Made by a program: the position numbers and the translations under genes | The notes under the pieces: model-generated | Databases searched by the model: none | Seen by the model: only the letters and a program-made list of their open reading frames with translations | Told to the model about the DNA's origin: nothing | Assembly (NCBI GenBank): GCA_003598135.1 | Contig: QZKA01000024.1 | Location: forward strand, 619-64,618 | Direction: 5' to 3' | DNA: 64,000 nucleotides | Origin: Candidatus Omnitrophota bacterium | GTDB taxonomy: Bacteria > Omnitrophota > Gorgyraeia > Gygaellales > Profunditerraquicolaceae | Shown here: positions 18,555-28,329 of the stretch, piece by piece | How positions within the stretch are numbered: position 1 is the first letter of the stretch | How the letters are laid out: every line of letters begins with the position of its first letter

Positions 18555-18891
18555 GTATTGAGTATAGAGTATTGAGCATAGAGTAAAAACAAACCATTCG
18601 GGAAATTCTAAACTCTAAGTCTTAAATTCTAAACAAATTTCAAATCCCAAGCGTTAAATCACAAATAAGCTCCAAATCTCAATCACCGAATTACCAAAGC
18701 GGGACAGTTTCGGCCATTGGTCCTTTGGGCATTGGGATTTATTTGGAATTTGAGTTTTGGAATTTGTGATTTGTCATTTGCCTGCCTGCCGCCTGTCCGA
18801 CGCCTGCCTGACGGCAGTCAGGGCAGTCAGGATAGGCAGGGTGCTTTGGTATTTGTCATTTACTCAATACACAATACTCTGTACTCAATAC
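18555..18891. repeat. composite element bounded by 31-bp inverted heptamer blocks (MITE/BIME-like)
   Basis: 18555-18585 vs reverse complement of 18861-18891 match at 27/31; interior has AAATCAC/AAATTCC-type heptamers in both orientations. Confidence 0.8.
18781..18840. repeat. three nested 20-bp palindromic units (CCTGCCTGNCG|NNAGNCAGG)
   Basis: cctgcctgccg[cctgtccgacg[cctgcctgacggcagtcagg]gcagtcagg]ataggcagg = 11+11+20+9+9 = 60 bp. Confidence 0.8.
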
Positions 18892-18893
18892 GA

Positions 18894-21800
18894 TTAAATA
18901 ACTAACGAGAGCCTTTCTTCTCCGAGCAGGTTTTCGATATCGCTAATGAGATGTTCGGATGGATCGATATAGAGGTCCTTACCGACAACAAGTTGCACGT
19001 TTGTTTTGTTAGGAGTATCCAGGCGAAGGTACACAGGGGTCTTTCCGGGAGAACCGCTTAAGAGTTCTTTGAGGCTTTCAAAGATCGATTCACGCAAACC
19101 TAACAGATTGATCTGTAAGGCCGTTACGAGCTTATATACTTCTTCAACCGGAAAGATCTCGTTGGCAATGATTTTAGGAGTATCTTCTTTTAAGTTGAGC
19201 CTCCCTTTTACCATCACTGCGAGGTTTGGTTGCACGTAAAGATGGTTTTTCTGGTAGGATACCGGAAAAACAAGGACCTCGATTACCCCCTCAAGGTCTT
19301 CAACCAGCATTATCGCCATTTTTTCTTGCTTGGCGCGGGTAATGGTGTGCTTGACCTTGGCAATAAGGCCAATAATCGTAACAGGGTCCTGGTCTTTGAA
19401 ATTAGGCAAGTCGCGTATGGTCGTCGAGGAAAAGCGCTTCAATTGTTTTGCGTACCGAGCCAGAGGATGGCCTGAAATATAAAATCCGAGCATTTCTTTT
19501 TCAAAAGCGAGTAATTGAGGCTCAGGCCACTCCTTGACTTCAGCCTGTTCAATGAGCGAAACAGAATCTATAAACCCATGGGCATCAAACTCTTTGTCAA
19601 AAAAGGACAGCTGGCCCTTCGCTTTGTCTCGGCGCGAACTCGAAGAAAATTCCAGTATTTTTTCAAGAGACGCGAACATCTGCGCCCTGTTTTTTCTGAA
19701 AGAATCGAATGCCCCGCATTTTATCAGGCTCTCAAGCACCTTTTTATTCACCAGCCTTAGGTCAATACGCTGGCACAAATCTTCCAGGGTCGTAAACGTC
19801 CCGGATTCGTTCCTGGCATTAACGACTGAAACGATCGCTCCCCTGCCGACATTTTTAACCGCAAGCAGCCCGAACCGGATTGATGTATCATTTTCGATTT
19901 TAAAAAGCGCGTCGCTTTCGTTTATATCCGGTGGAGATATAGTAATGCCCATCTTTTCCGCCTCATTGACATATTCAACGATCTTATCCGTATTATCCCG
20001 CTCAGAGGTTAGAAGCGCGGTCATAAACTCAATCGGAAAATTCGACTTAAGGAATGCGGTCCTGTACGAAATGAGGGCGTACGCTGCGCTGTGGCTACGG
20101 TTAAAGCCATAACCTGAGAAGAAGACGATCTGATCGAATATCTTTTTTGCTGTTGCTTCATTCAACCCGTTCTTTACGCACCCTGAAGTGAAGTGTTTGC
20201 GCTGTTGCTCCATTACTTCGGGAATCTTCTTGCTCATTGCGCGCCTGAGCAAATCTGCTTCTGCAAGGCTGAAGCCCGCAAGGCTTGAGACAATCTGCAT
20301 GATCTGTTCCTGGTACACCATGATACCGTAGGTATCTTTCAAGATGGGTTCGAGCTTTTTATGGTCATAGCGTATGGGTATTTTATTTCTTTTCCTCTGG
20401 ATAAAATCAGTTAACATCCCTGAGCCCATAGGGCCAGGTCGGTAGAGCGCTAAAAGCGCAATCAGGTCTTCGAAGCGTTCCGGCTCAAGCTTCTTTAAAA
20501 GGTCGCGCATCCCGGAACTTTCGAGTTGGAACACCCCCATTGTGTGTGCCGAGGCGAGCAGTTTATATGTAGTCGCGTTATCCAGAGGGATATTCTCGAT
20601 ATCTATATCCTCACCCTTATGGCGCTTGATCAATTTAAGGGTTTCATCGATAACGGTCAGAGTCCTTAAGCCCAGGAAGTCTACCTTCAGCAGGCCGATT
20701 TTCTCAAGGGCCGTCATATCAAAACCACTGGTAATCTGATCGTCCTGCGTTTTGAATAACGGCATATAATTATTGAGCGGCTTATCGGCAATAACTACCC
20801 CTGCGGCATGAATAGAAGCGTGCCGGTTAAGTCCTTCCAGCGGCAATGCAGTATCAATTAGTTTGGTTATCTGCGCATCGTTGTTGAATAAATTCTTCAG
20901 TTCCGGTTCACTCTCCAGGGCGTCTTTAAGCGTAATATTTGGGTCGGGCGGAATCATTTTGGCGATCCGGTCAACGTCCGCATACGCCATTCCCATGACC
21001 CTGCCTACGTCCCTGATAACCGCACGCGCCTGCATTGTGCCAAATGTAATAATTTGGGCAACGTTTTCCTGTCCGTATTTCTTGGTCACATAATCAATAA
21101 CTTCCTGCCTGCGCTCATAACAGAAATCGATATCAATGTCCGGAAGGCCCTGCCTCTCAGGGTTGAGAAAACGCTCAAATAGCAGGTTATAACGCAAGGG
21201 GTCAATGTCTGTAATGCCGAGTAAAAAACTCACCAGGCTTCCTGCCGCAGAGCCCCTGCCCGGCCCAACCGGGATATGCTGGCTCTTTGCATAATGGATA
21301 AAATCCCATACAATGAGAAAATAACTGGTAAAGCCCATATCCTTTATGATTTTTAATTCATGGTCTAGCCGTGCGCGCACGCCTTCAGGCTGCGTGCCAT
21401 ACCGCTTAGAGAGGCCCTCAATGCATAACTGACGCAGGAATTCCTCTTTTGTCTTGCCTTCCGGCGGGACATATTTGGGGATATGGACCGAGGAGAAATT
21501 TAGCTCCAGATTACAACGCTCGGCAATCGCCTTGGTATTATAAATAGCTTCGGGAACTTCCCTGAAGGCCTCTTTCATTTCTTCTGGCGATTTGAAATAA
21601 AATTCGTCGGTCTGGAAACGCATACGGTTGGGGTCATTGAGGGTAGTCTGGGTCTGTATACATAGAAGCGCCTCGTGAGACCTTGCCCGGTCTTTGGTAA
21701 GGTAATGCACGTCATTAGTAGCAACAAGGCCCAGGCCCAGCTCTTTTGCAATCTTCAGCAAGCCCTGGTTTACGATCTTTTGTTCAGGGATTTTATTTTC

Positions 21801-22337
21801 CTGGAGCTCAAGGTAAAAATGCTCCTTGCCGAGGATATGCAGGAAATCATCCGCGGTTTTTAAGGCGTCGTTGAACCTATTTTGCTGCAGGAGAGAAGGA
21901 ATTTCTCCCTTAAGGCAGGCGCTTAATCCGATCAGCCCTTTACTGTGGGCAGCCAAAAGCTCTTTGTCGATTCGCGGCCTATAATAAAACCCGTCGATGT
22001 AGGCCTTAGAGACCAATTTCATTAAATTTTGCAGCCCTGTTTCGTCGCGCACCAGAAGAATAAAATGGTGCGCTGCTTCCTCAATGCTGCCCGTATCTTT
22101 ATCCAGGTGGCTTTTAGGCGCTATATACGCTTCGCAGCCGATAATCGGCTTGATTCCCGCTTTTTGCGCACCCAGGTAGAAATCTATTGCCCCGAACATG
22201 TTGCCGTGGTCGGTAATTGCCAAAGAGTCCATATTGTATTGCGCGGCTAGATTGAGGAGCTCGGGAATGCGGCAGGCACCATCAAGTAGGCTGTACTGCG
22301 TATGGAGGTGTAAATGGATGAAGTCGGAACGCGGCAT
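18894..22337 (-). CDS. dnaE: DNA polymerase III subunit alpha
   Basis: HLHLHTQYSLLDG, TDHGNM, GPGRGSAAGS, PDIDIDF, GLLKVDFLGL, YGFNRSHS. Confidence 0.98.
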   Translation of the reverse strand: MPRSDFIHLHLHTQYSLLDGACRIPELLNLAAQYNMDSLAITDHGNMFGAIDFYLGAQKAGIKPIIGCEAYIAPKSHLDKDTGSIEEAAHHFILLVRDETGLQNLMKLVSKAYIDGFYYRPRIDKELLAAHSKGLIGLSACLKGEIPSLLQQNRFNDALKTADDFLHILGKEHFYLELQENKIPEQKIVNQGLLKIAKELGLGLVATNDVHYLTKDRARSHEALLCIQTQTTLNDPNRMRFQTDEFYFKSPEEMKEAFREVPEAIYNTKAIAERCNLELNFSSVHIPKYVPPEGKTKEEFLRQLCIEGLSKRYGTQPEGVRARLDHELKIIKDMGFTSYFLIVWDFIHYAKSQHIPVGPGRGSAAGSLVSFLLGITDIDPLRYNLLFERFLNPERQGLPDIDIDFCYERRQEVIDYVTKKYGQENVAQIITFGTMQARAVIRDVGRVMGMAYADVDRIAKMIPPDPNITLKDALESEPELKNLFNNDAQITKLIDTALPLEGLNRHASIHAAGVVIADKPLNNYMPLFKTQDDQITSGFDMTALEKIGLLKVDFLGLRTLTVIDETLKLIKRHKGEDIDIENIPLDNATTYKLLASAHTMGVFQLESSGMRDLLKKLEPERFEDLIALLALYRPGPMGSGMLTDFIQRKRNKIPIRYDHKKLEPILKDTYGIMVYQEQIMQIVSSLAGFSLAEADLLRRAMSKKIPEVMEQQRKHFTSGCVKNGLNEATAKKIFDQIVFFSGYGFNRSHSAAYALISYRTAFLKSNFPIEFMTALLTSERDNTDKIVEYVNEAEKMGITISPPDINESDALFKIENDTSIRFGLLAVKNVGRGAIVSVVNARNESGTFTTLEDLCQRIDLRLVNKKVLESLIKCGAFDSFRKNRAQMFASLEKILEFSSSSRRDKAKGQLSFFDKEFDAHGFIDSVSLIEQAEVKEWPEPQLLAFEKEMLGFYISGHPLARYAKQLKRFSSTTIRDLPNFKDQDPVTIIGLIAKVKHTITRAKQEKMAIMLVEDLEGVIEVLVFPVSYQKNHLYVQPNLAVMVKGRLNLKEDTPKIIANEIFPVEEVYKLVTALQINLLGLRESIFESLKELLSGSPGKTPVYLRLDTPNKTNVQLVVGKDLYIDPSEHLISDIENLLGEERLSLVI

Positions 22338-22358
22338 GGTTTGGAATGAGATAATTTA

Positions 22359-22389
22359 AACTATCGGCTATGGACTATCGACTATAAGC
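22359..22389. repeat. short heptamer array (CTATCGG/CTATGGA/CTATCGA/CTATAAG)
   Basis: actatcggctatggactatcgactataagc; related inverted stretch at about 11866-11886. Confidence 0.5.
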
Positions 22390-22413
22390 CCATCTAAAGA
22401 ATTGCGTAGTAAC

Positions 22414-23955
22414 CTATTCCCACTCTATTGTTGCAGGAGGCTTTGAGGTGATGTCATAAACGACGCGGTTGACGCCCTTGACCTCGTTGATGATCCTGTT
22501 TGAGAGCCTCTCCAGAAGCTCTGGAGGCAGTTTAACCCAGTCGGCAGTCATGCCGTCAACACTGGAAACGCAACGAATAGCGACTACGTTTTCATACGTC
22601 CGTTCATCGCCCATAACACCCACGCTTTTAATAGGCAGAAGTATCGCAAACGACTGCCATATCTGCTTGGAGAGATTTTCCTTTTGAATTTCCTCCATCA
22701 CCCTGAAATCAACTTCCCTTAAGATGTTGAGGCGTTCTGGGGTTATTTCGCCGATTATACGGATAGCAAGGCCAGGCCCGGGAAAGGGCTGACGAAATAA
22801 AATGGAATCAGGCAAACCGAGTTCCCTGCCGATCTGACGGACCTCGTCTTTAAATAGCTCCCTCAAGGGCTCTATCAATTTCAGTTTCATATGCTCGGGA
22901 AGCCCTCCGACGTTGTGGTGGCTTTTGATCTTACTTGAAGGCGAGCCGATCGGAGAAAGGGATTCAATGACGTCGGGATAGAGTGTTCCCTGCGCGAGAA
23001 ATTTTACTCCCTTGATCTTTTTTGCCTCTGCTTCGAAGATCTTGATGAATTCGTTGCCGATTATTTTTCTTTTCTCTTCAGGGTCGATAACCCCTTTAAG
23101 GCGGGTAAGAAATCGCTTGCTAGCTTCTACGTAATCAAGATTGAGCCGGAAATTGCTTCGGAACACTTGTTTGATCTGGTCGGGCTCGTCTTTTCTGAGT
23201 ACGCCGTTATTGATAAAGATACAGCGGGAATTCCTTTTAACGGCCCTGTGCAATAAAAGCGCGGTTACCGATGAATCAACCCCGCCACTTAACCCAAGCA
23301 CGACCTTATTCTTGCCAACAGTTTTACGTATCTCTTCTATTGTCTGTTTGATGAAGGAATGCATGTTCCAGCGTCCAGAACAACTGCAAATCTTAAGTAG
23401 AAAATTGCTTAGAATGTGATTGCCTTTTTCGGTATGGGTGACTTCCGGGTGGAACTGGACGCCGTAAATCTTACGGGCGCGGTGCCCCATAGCCGCTATA
23501 GGAGAATTTAAGGTATGGGCAATGATACTAAAGCCCGGGGGAACCTTGGTTACATAATCGCCATGGCTTGCCCAGCAGGTAAAATTGCCGGGGAGCGAAC
23601 TGAAAAGCGAACGGTTATCATCGATAAAAATTTCGGCCTTACCGTATTCCCTCGCTTTTGTATGCTTTGTCCGTCCTCCCAAAAGCTGCGCAATCGCCTG
23701 CATCCCGTAACAAACTCCCAGCACCGGAATGCCGAGCTTAAAAATTCGAGCATCGGGCAAAGGGCTTTTCTTATCAACTACCGATGAAGGGCCGCCTGAA
23801 AGGATTATTCCCTTGGGAGAGAGTTCAGTTATCTCCTTGGCAGTTATATTGTAGGGTACGATCCTTGAGAAAATTTTATGCTCCCTGATGCGCCGCGCGA
23901 TAAGCTGGGTGTACTGGGAGCCAAAATCAAGAATCAATATTATTTCCTGTTTCAT
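22414..23955 (-). CDS. guaA: GMP synthase (glutamine-hydrolyzing)
   Basis: [52 protein letters not shown]. Confidence 0.98.
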   Translation of the reverse strand: MKQEIILILDFGSQYTQLIARRIREHKIFSRIVPYNITAKEITELSPKGIILSGGPSSVVDKKSPLPDARIFKLGIPVLGVCYGMQAIAQLLGGRTKHTKAREYGKAEIFIDDNRSLFSSLPGNFTCWASHGDYVTKVPPGFSIIAHTLNSPIAAMGHRARKIYGVQFHPEVTHTEKGNHILSNFLLKICSCSGRWNMHSFIKQTIEEIRKTVGKNKVVLGLSGGVDSSVTALLLHRAVKRNSRCIFINNGVLRKDEPDQIKQVFRSNFRLNLDYVEASKRFLTRLKGVIDPEEKRKIIGNEFIKIFEAEAKKIKGVKFLAQGTLYPDVIESLSPIGSPSSKIKSHHNVGGLPEHMKLKLIEPLRELFKDEVRQIGRELGLPDSILFRQPFPGPGLAIRIIGEITPERLNILREVDFRVMEEIQKENLSKQIWQSFAILLPIKSVGVMGDERTYENVVAIRCVSSVDGMTADWVKLPPELLERLSNRIINEVKGVNRVVYDITSKPPATIEWE

Positions 23956-25112
23956 TTGCCCATCCCCACTCTCTGGCCGACCTGAAAGATTTTTCCTTCG
24001 GTTTGTATTGAAGGCGCAATAATAATTTCTACATCATGCATCTCTTTTATATTTGCGGCACCCAAAGAACCCATGGAGGTCTTTAGCGCTCCCATCAAAT
24101 TTTGTGAGCCGTCATCGACCCTGGCAGGACCGAAAAGGATCTCTTTTAAACTCCCTGTAGTTCCGACATAAATTCGCGTGCCTCTGGGTAAATTGACATT
24201 TGAAGTTGCCATGCCCCAATGATAGCCTCCGCCCGGAGCTTCCTTTGCCCTGGCAAAGCTGGAACCAATCATTACTGCATCGGCTCCGCTGGCAAAGGCC
24301 TTACAGATATCTCCACCCCTGTTCATGCCGCCGTCAGTAATGATGGTCACGTACTTGCCAGTCCTCTTAAAATAAAAATCCCTCGCGGCAGCCGCGTCAA
24401 CAGTTGCGGTTACCTGAGGCACCCCAATGCCTAATACCCCCCTTGTGGTACAGGCAGCGCCAGGGCCTATTCCGATGAGCAGGCCCATAACGCCTGTCGA
24501 CATAAGGTCAAGGGTTGTTCCGTAAGTAACGCTGTTACCCACGACAACGGGAATTTTCATTTTTTTACAGAAGGCATATAAATCAAGGCTTTTATATTCT
24601 GTAGCTATATGCTTGGTGGAAGTAACAGTAGATTGTATCATAAAATAATCTGCGCCGGCAGAAACTGCGATTTTTGCAAAACGATCTGCATGGGAAGGGA
24701 TACAGCTTACCGCTGCGATACCGCCTTTGTGCTTAATCTGGGAAACCCTCTTGGCAATAAGCTTTTCTTTGATTGGCTTGGTATAGATTTCCTGAATGAG
24801 TTGGGTAGCTTCTTGGGGCGTTGCTGATGCGATTCTTTCCAAGACAACTTCCGGGTTCTCGTAGCGGGTCTGGACTCCGTCAAGGTTTATCACTGCTAGG
24901 CCGTTGAGTTTTGACATAGTTACCGCGAACTTTACATCTACTACGCCGTCCATAGCAGCAGCCAGTATAGGCACTTTAAATTTCCTTTTGCCAAGCTCAA
25001 AAGAAGTATCTACCTCTGCAGGATTTATGGTCTGATTACCCGGCACAAGGGCAATCTCATCAAATCCGTAACACCTGCGGGCTCTCCTGCCCATCCCGAT
25101 CCATTCTCCCAT
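23952..25112 (-). CDS. guaB: GuaB3-family IMP dehydrogenase-related protein (no CBS domains)
   Basis: [46 protein letters not shown]; adjacent to guaA. Confidence 0.9.
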   Translation of the reverse strand: MGEWIGMGRRARRCYGFDEIALVPGNQTINPAEVDTSFELGKRKFKVPILAAAMDGVVDVKFAVTMSKLNGLAVINLDGVQTRYENPEVVLERIASATPQEATQLIQEIYTKPIKEKLIAKRVSQIKHKGGIAAVSCIPSHADRFAKIAVSAGADYFMIQSTVTSTKHIATEYKSLDLYAFCKKMKIPVVVGNSVTYGTTLDLMSTGVMGLLIGIGPGAACTTRGVLGIGVPQVTATVDAAAARDFYFKRTGKYVTIITDGGMNRGGDICKAFASGADAVMIGSSFARAKEAPGGGYHWGMATSNVNLPRGTRIYVGTTGSLKEILFGPARVDDGSQNLMGALKTSMGSLGAANIKEMHDVEIIIAPSIQTEGKIFQVGQRVGMGK

Positions 25113-25188
25113 CTTTTCTCCTTATTGTAACTTATTATTTTTCAATAGGTTATAAATGAACAAATCTAAATTTTTTGGGAATATGTGA

Positions 25189-25217
25189 ATTTTATACTAA
25201 TAATCCTCTTTTGTCAA
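25189..25217 (-). promoter_or_regulatory. putative sigma70 promoter for guaB3-guaA
   Basis: Minus strand TTGACA (25217-25212), 17 bp, TAAAAT. Confidence 0.6.
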
Positions 25218-25253
25218 CATTTATTTTTCAAAAAATTTAATGATATTGGCAGC

Positions 25254-25281
25254 TTTACAAAAAAATTATTTCTGCTATAAT
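25254..25281 (+). promoter_or_regulatory. putative promoter for the ExeA/ExeB-like pair
   Basis: TTTACA, 16 bp, TATAAT preceded by TG (extended -10). Confidence 0.55.
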
Positions 25282-25305
25282 ATGAACACAACAACAGAGG
25301 AAGCA

Positions 25306-26130
25306 ATGTATTGTAAATATTATGGATTAAAGGAAATGCCGTTTAATGTCACTGCTGACCCCACCTTCTTTTTTATGAGCCACCAGCATAAGGAGGCCCT
25401 CTCGCATCTTCTTTACGGAGTAAACCAACGCAAAGGAATAATCGTGATCACCGGTGAAATCGGCACCGGAAAAACCACGCTGTGCCGTTTCTTCCTTGAT
25501 CAGCTGGGAAAAAATGTAAAGACCGCTTTTATATTGAACCCGAATTTCTCAGAGCTTCAGCTGCTTGAAGCGATAGTCAGGGATTTCGGCGTTCAGATCA
25601 AGAACAAGACCAGGCTTGGTTTTATCTGGGAACTAAACAGGTTCCTGATTGAAGAGGCCAAGGCTGGCAATAACGTAGTGCTTATTATCGATGAAGCCCA
25701 GAATTTGAAACCCCACCAACTTGAACAGGTCCGCCTCCTTTCCAATCTTGAGACCGAAAAGGATAAGCTCATCCAAATAATACTGGTCGGCCAGCCCGAG
25801 CTAAACCATAAATTAAGCCTCTATGAATTACGGCAGCTACAACAAAGAATAATGGTGCGTTACCACATAATCCCCATAGAAAAAAAGGAGCTTGCAGAAT
25901 ACATCCGTCACCGGCTTAAGATTGCAGGCTCTGAGGATACTGTCAGCTTCAAGGACGATGCGATCGAATTGATCTCCGTTTTCTCAAGAGGCACACCGCG
26001 GCTGATTAATATTATTTGCGACCGGTCGCTTTTAGCAGGATTTGTCGCAGAGACAAAAGTCATTGACGGCAGCCTTGTCAAGAAATGCATCGCGGAACTC
26101 GAAACCTCGCTACAGCCGACTATTCTATGA
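25306..26130 (+). CDS. ExeA/GspA-family AAA ATPase
   Basis: MY..YYGL..MPF..T.DP.F, GEIGTGKTT, LIIDEAQNL, LVGQPEL, GTPRLIN.ICDR; GAGGA RBS before ATG 25306. Confidence 0.9.
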   Translation: MYCKYYGLKEMPFNVTADPTFFFMSHQHKEALSHLLYGVNQRKGIIVITGEIGTGKTTLCRFFLDQLGKNVKTAFILNPNFSELQLLEAIVRDFGVQIKNKTRLGFIWELNRFLIEEAKAGNNVVLIIDEAQNLKPHQLEQVRLLSNLETEKDKLIQIILVGQPELNHKLSLYELRQLQQRIMVRYHIIPIEKKELAEYIRHRLKIAGSEDTVSFKDDAIELISVFSRGTPRLINIICDRSLLAGFVAETKVIDGSLVKKCIAELETSLQPTIL

Positions 26131-26618
26131 GCATTATTTACGAAGCGTTAAAAAAACTAGGCAAACACCCCGCGCAGCACCAAGCACAAGTCGAATCACC
26201 TTCAATTATTCAAAAGGCAAAAACTAGGCCGGTTGCTATATATATAATCCTTGCGATCACAGGAATGTTTATTGCCAAAAAAGGGTTTGATTATCTTTTC
26301 CCTCCGCTTCCAAATACCCCGAGCTCTGTACAAACTGCGCCGGTTTCGCCTGTTCAGCCTGCCGTACACGAAGCGCCTCTCCTTCCTCTCCCGGCACCTG
26401 CGGTAGTAGAAAACGAAGCTGTGCCTCAAACCGAACCCAGGGAACAATACACCTTAAATGGGGTGTTCTCTTCTGGAAATGACAGCTATGCCCTGATTAA
26501 TAATCAGATTGTGAGGCTGGGTGAAAAAGTGGATGGCGCAACAGTAGAAAAAATCACCGCGGATTCCGTAGAGTTAAGTACCCAGGAAGGACAGCTCATA
26601 CTCACCAACCGCCGTTAA
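26127..26618 (+). CDS. ExeB/GspB-like membrane protein
   Basis: MSIIYEALKK N-terminus, one TM helix, Pro-rich linker, LNGV..ALINNQIV..GE.V.GA.V..I; ATGA overlap with the ExeA-like gene. Confidence 0.75.
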   Translation: MSIIYEALKKLGKHPAQHQAQVESPSIIQKAKTRPVAIYIILAITGMFIAKKGFDYLFPPLPNTPSSVQTAPVSPVQPAVHEAPLLPLPAPAVVENEAVPQTEPREQYTLNGVFSSGNDSYALINNQIVRLGEKVDGATVEKITADSVELSTQEGQLILTNRR

Positions 26619-27709
26619 GGCTTTAGTATTGACCGGATTGCCTTCTTGACGGCCGACAAGTTAACGTTACGCACGATTATTGGCCTGCCAATGCCTTTCA
26701 GTAAGACAAATTTGTTCTCAAGGCCAGTGAACTTCTTATCGTGGCGATAGGCCGTAACAATTGCTTTAAGGGCAACCCTTGAGGCTTTTTGCGGTAATCC
26801 TATTTCTTTTAAAAGCCTGGTTATGCGGGCGGCCAAAGAGTTATTTATATACCCTAATTCCTGGCTTATGGCAATTGCTGCCAACATCCCAAGAGCAACT
26901 GCTTCTCCGTGACTAAAGCGCGAATACCCACATGCTGCTTCCACGGCATGCCCGATAGTGTGCCCGAAATTAAGTATCGTCCTTAACCCTTTTGCTTCTT
27001 TCTCGTCTTTTCCGACAATCTCCGACTTTATCTCCACGCAACGATAAATTACACGCCTGAGCGCTGGTTCATCTTTCTTAAGAAGTAAGCGGTAATTTTT
27101 CTCAATATAGGCAAAAAGGCTCGCATCCCGGATAAGGCCGTACTTTATTGCTTCTGAAAGGCCATTTTTTATCTGAGCTAAAGGCAGGCTCCGCAGGAGC
27201 GAGATATCAACAACCACTAACCTGGGCTGATAAAAACTTCCAATAAGGTTTTTTGCTTCTTTAAGGTCAACGGCAGTTTTTCCTCCGATACTGGAATCGA
27301 TCTGTGCTAGAAAAGTAGTGGGAACCTGCACATAGGGCACACCCCGCCTATAAATGGAGGCAATAAAGCCTGAGAGGTCTCCGACAACCCCTCCGCCGAA
27401 GGCAATGATACACAAGCGGCTTCTTGATCCTATCCGCGCCAGTTTTCTGATTACTAAAGAGGCGACTTTTAGGGACTTGCTCGCTTCGCTATCAGGAACC
27501 AGGCACCAGGTAAAATTGAGGCTTTTTGCGGTAAGAGATTTTTTGAGTTGAGTTCCGTATTTTTTCTTAATAAAAGGGGTGGTAATTATGAAGGCGTGGT
27601 CTCCCAGGCCATTTGTAACAAGCAGCTGCCCAAGGGAAGCCAGATTGCCGCTGCCGATAAGGATTGCATAGGAATTGCGTTTTAGCCTGACTTTTAGTTT
27701 TTTCATCAA
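26615..27709 (-). CDS. aroB: 3-dehydroquinate synthase
   Basis: GGGVVGDL, PTTFLAQIDSSIGGKT, KNLIGSFYQP, LNFGHTIGH, HGEAV. Confidence 0.97.
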   Translation of the reverse strand: MMKKLKVRLKRNSYAILIGSGNLASLGQLLVTNGLGDHAFIITTPFIKKKYGTQLKKSLTAKSLNFTWCLVPDSEASKSLKVASLVIRKLARIGSRSRLCIIAFGGGVVGDLSGFIASIYRRGVPYVQVPTTFLAQIDSSIGGKTAVDLKEAKNLIGSFYQPRLVVVDISLLRSLPLAQIKNGLSEAIKYGLIRDASLFAYIEKNYRLLLKKDEPALRRVIYRCVEIKSEIVGKDEKEAKGLRTILNFGHTIGHAVEAACGYSRFSHGEAVALGMLAAIAISQELGYINNSLAARITRLLKEIGLPQKASRVALKAIVTAYRHDKKFTGLENKFVLLKGIGRPIIVRNVNLSAVKKAIRSILKP

Positions 27710-27711
27710 TT

Positions 27712-28329
27712 CTAGAAAGGATTCGCGAGCAAAGAGGCGATGAGCCTGATTACGGGCCAGACAAAAACATCAAACACGCCAAGCCAAAGAAGGATGATGA
27801 TGATAAAGAAGCCATACGGTTCTAAGCTCGCATAGCGCTCAGAAAGGTCACGAGGTAAAATGCCGGCGACGATCCTTGAGCCGTCAAGCGGAGGTATGGG
27901 CACAAGGTTGAATATCCCCAGCACGACATTGATGAAAATAAGATTATACAAAACGAGGCTTAACCCGCTGTGCGATGGCAAAAACCTAAGGAGTATCGAT
28001 GAAGCCACTGCAAAAAGAAGATTGGCCAACGGTCCGCTTAGCCCGATCAGCACCATATCCCGCTTTGGGTTACGTAGGGCAAGATAATTTATAGGAACGG
28101 GTTTTGCCGCACCGAATACAAACTGTCCATTGGTTGCAATAAGCAGCATAAGCGGCAGAAGCACAGTCCCTACCGGGTCGATATGCGCAAGCGGGTTAAG
28201 AGTAAGCCTTCCGAGATATTTGGCAGTGGTGTCCCCCAACCGGTACGCAGTCCAGCCGTGCGCAAATTCATGCACGCTCATTGCGATCATAAGAAGGCCG
28301 AATAGTACGATAAAATAAGGTATGTTCAT
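27712..28329 (-). CDS. site-2 protease (M50) family protein
   Basis: HEFAH, LTLNPLAHIDP, GPLAN, FNLVPIPPLDG. Confidence 0.93.
   Translation of the reverse strand: MNIPYFIVLFGLLMIAMSVHEFAHGWTAYRLGDTTAKYLGRLTLNPLAHIDPVGTVLLPLMLLIATNGQFVFGAAKPVPINYLALRNPKRDMVLIGLSGPLANLLFAVASSILLRFLPSHSGLSLVLYNLIFINVVLGIFNLVPIPPLDGSRIVAGILPRDLSERYASLEPYGFFIIIILLWLGVFDVFVWPVIRLIASLLANPF

Noticed and set aside
11649-18891. Repeats interpreted as a CRISPR array
   Set aside because: No regularly spaced identical repeats with unique spacers, and no cas genes in the window
18717-18905. 62-aa plus-strand ORF (…CLPPVRRLPDGSQG…)
   Set aside because: Lies entirely within the repeat and nested palindrome; likely spurious
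18894-22337. Intein in DnaE
   Set aside because: Length (1147 aa) and motif spacing are normal; no splice-junction or LAGLIDADG motifs seen
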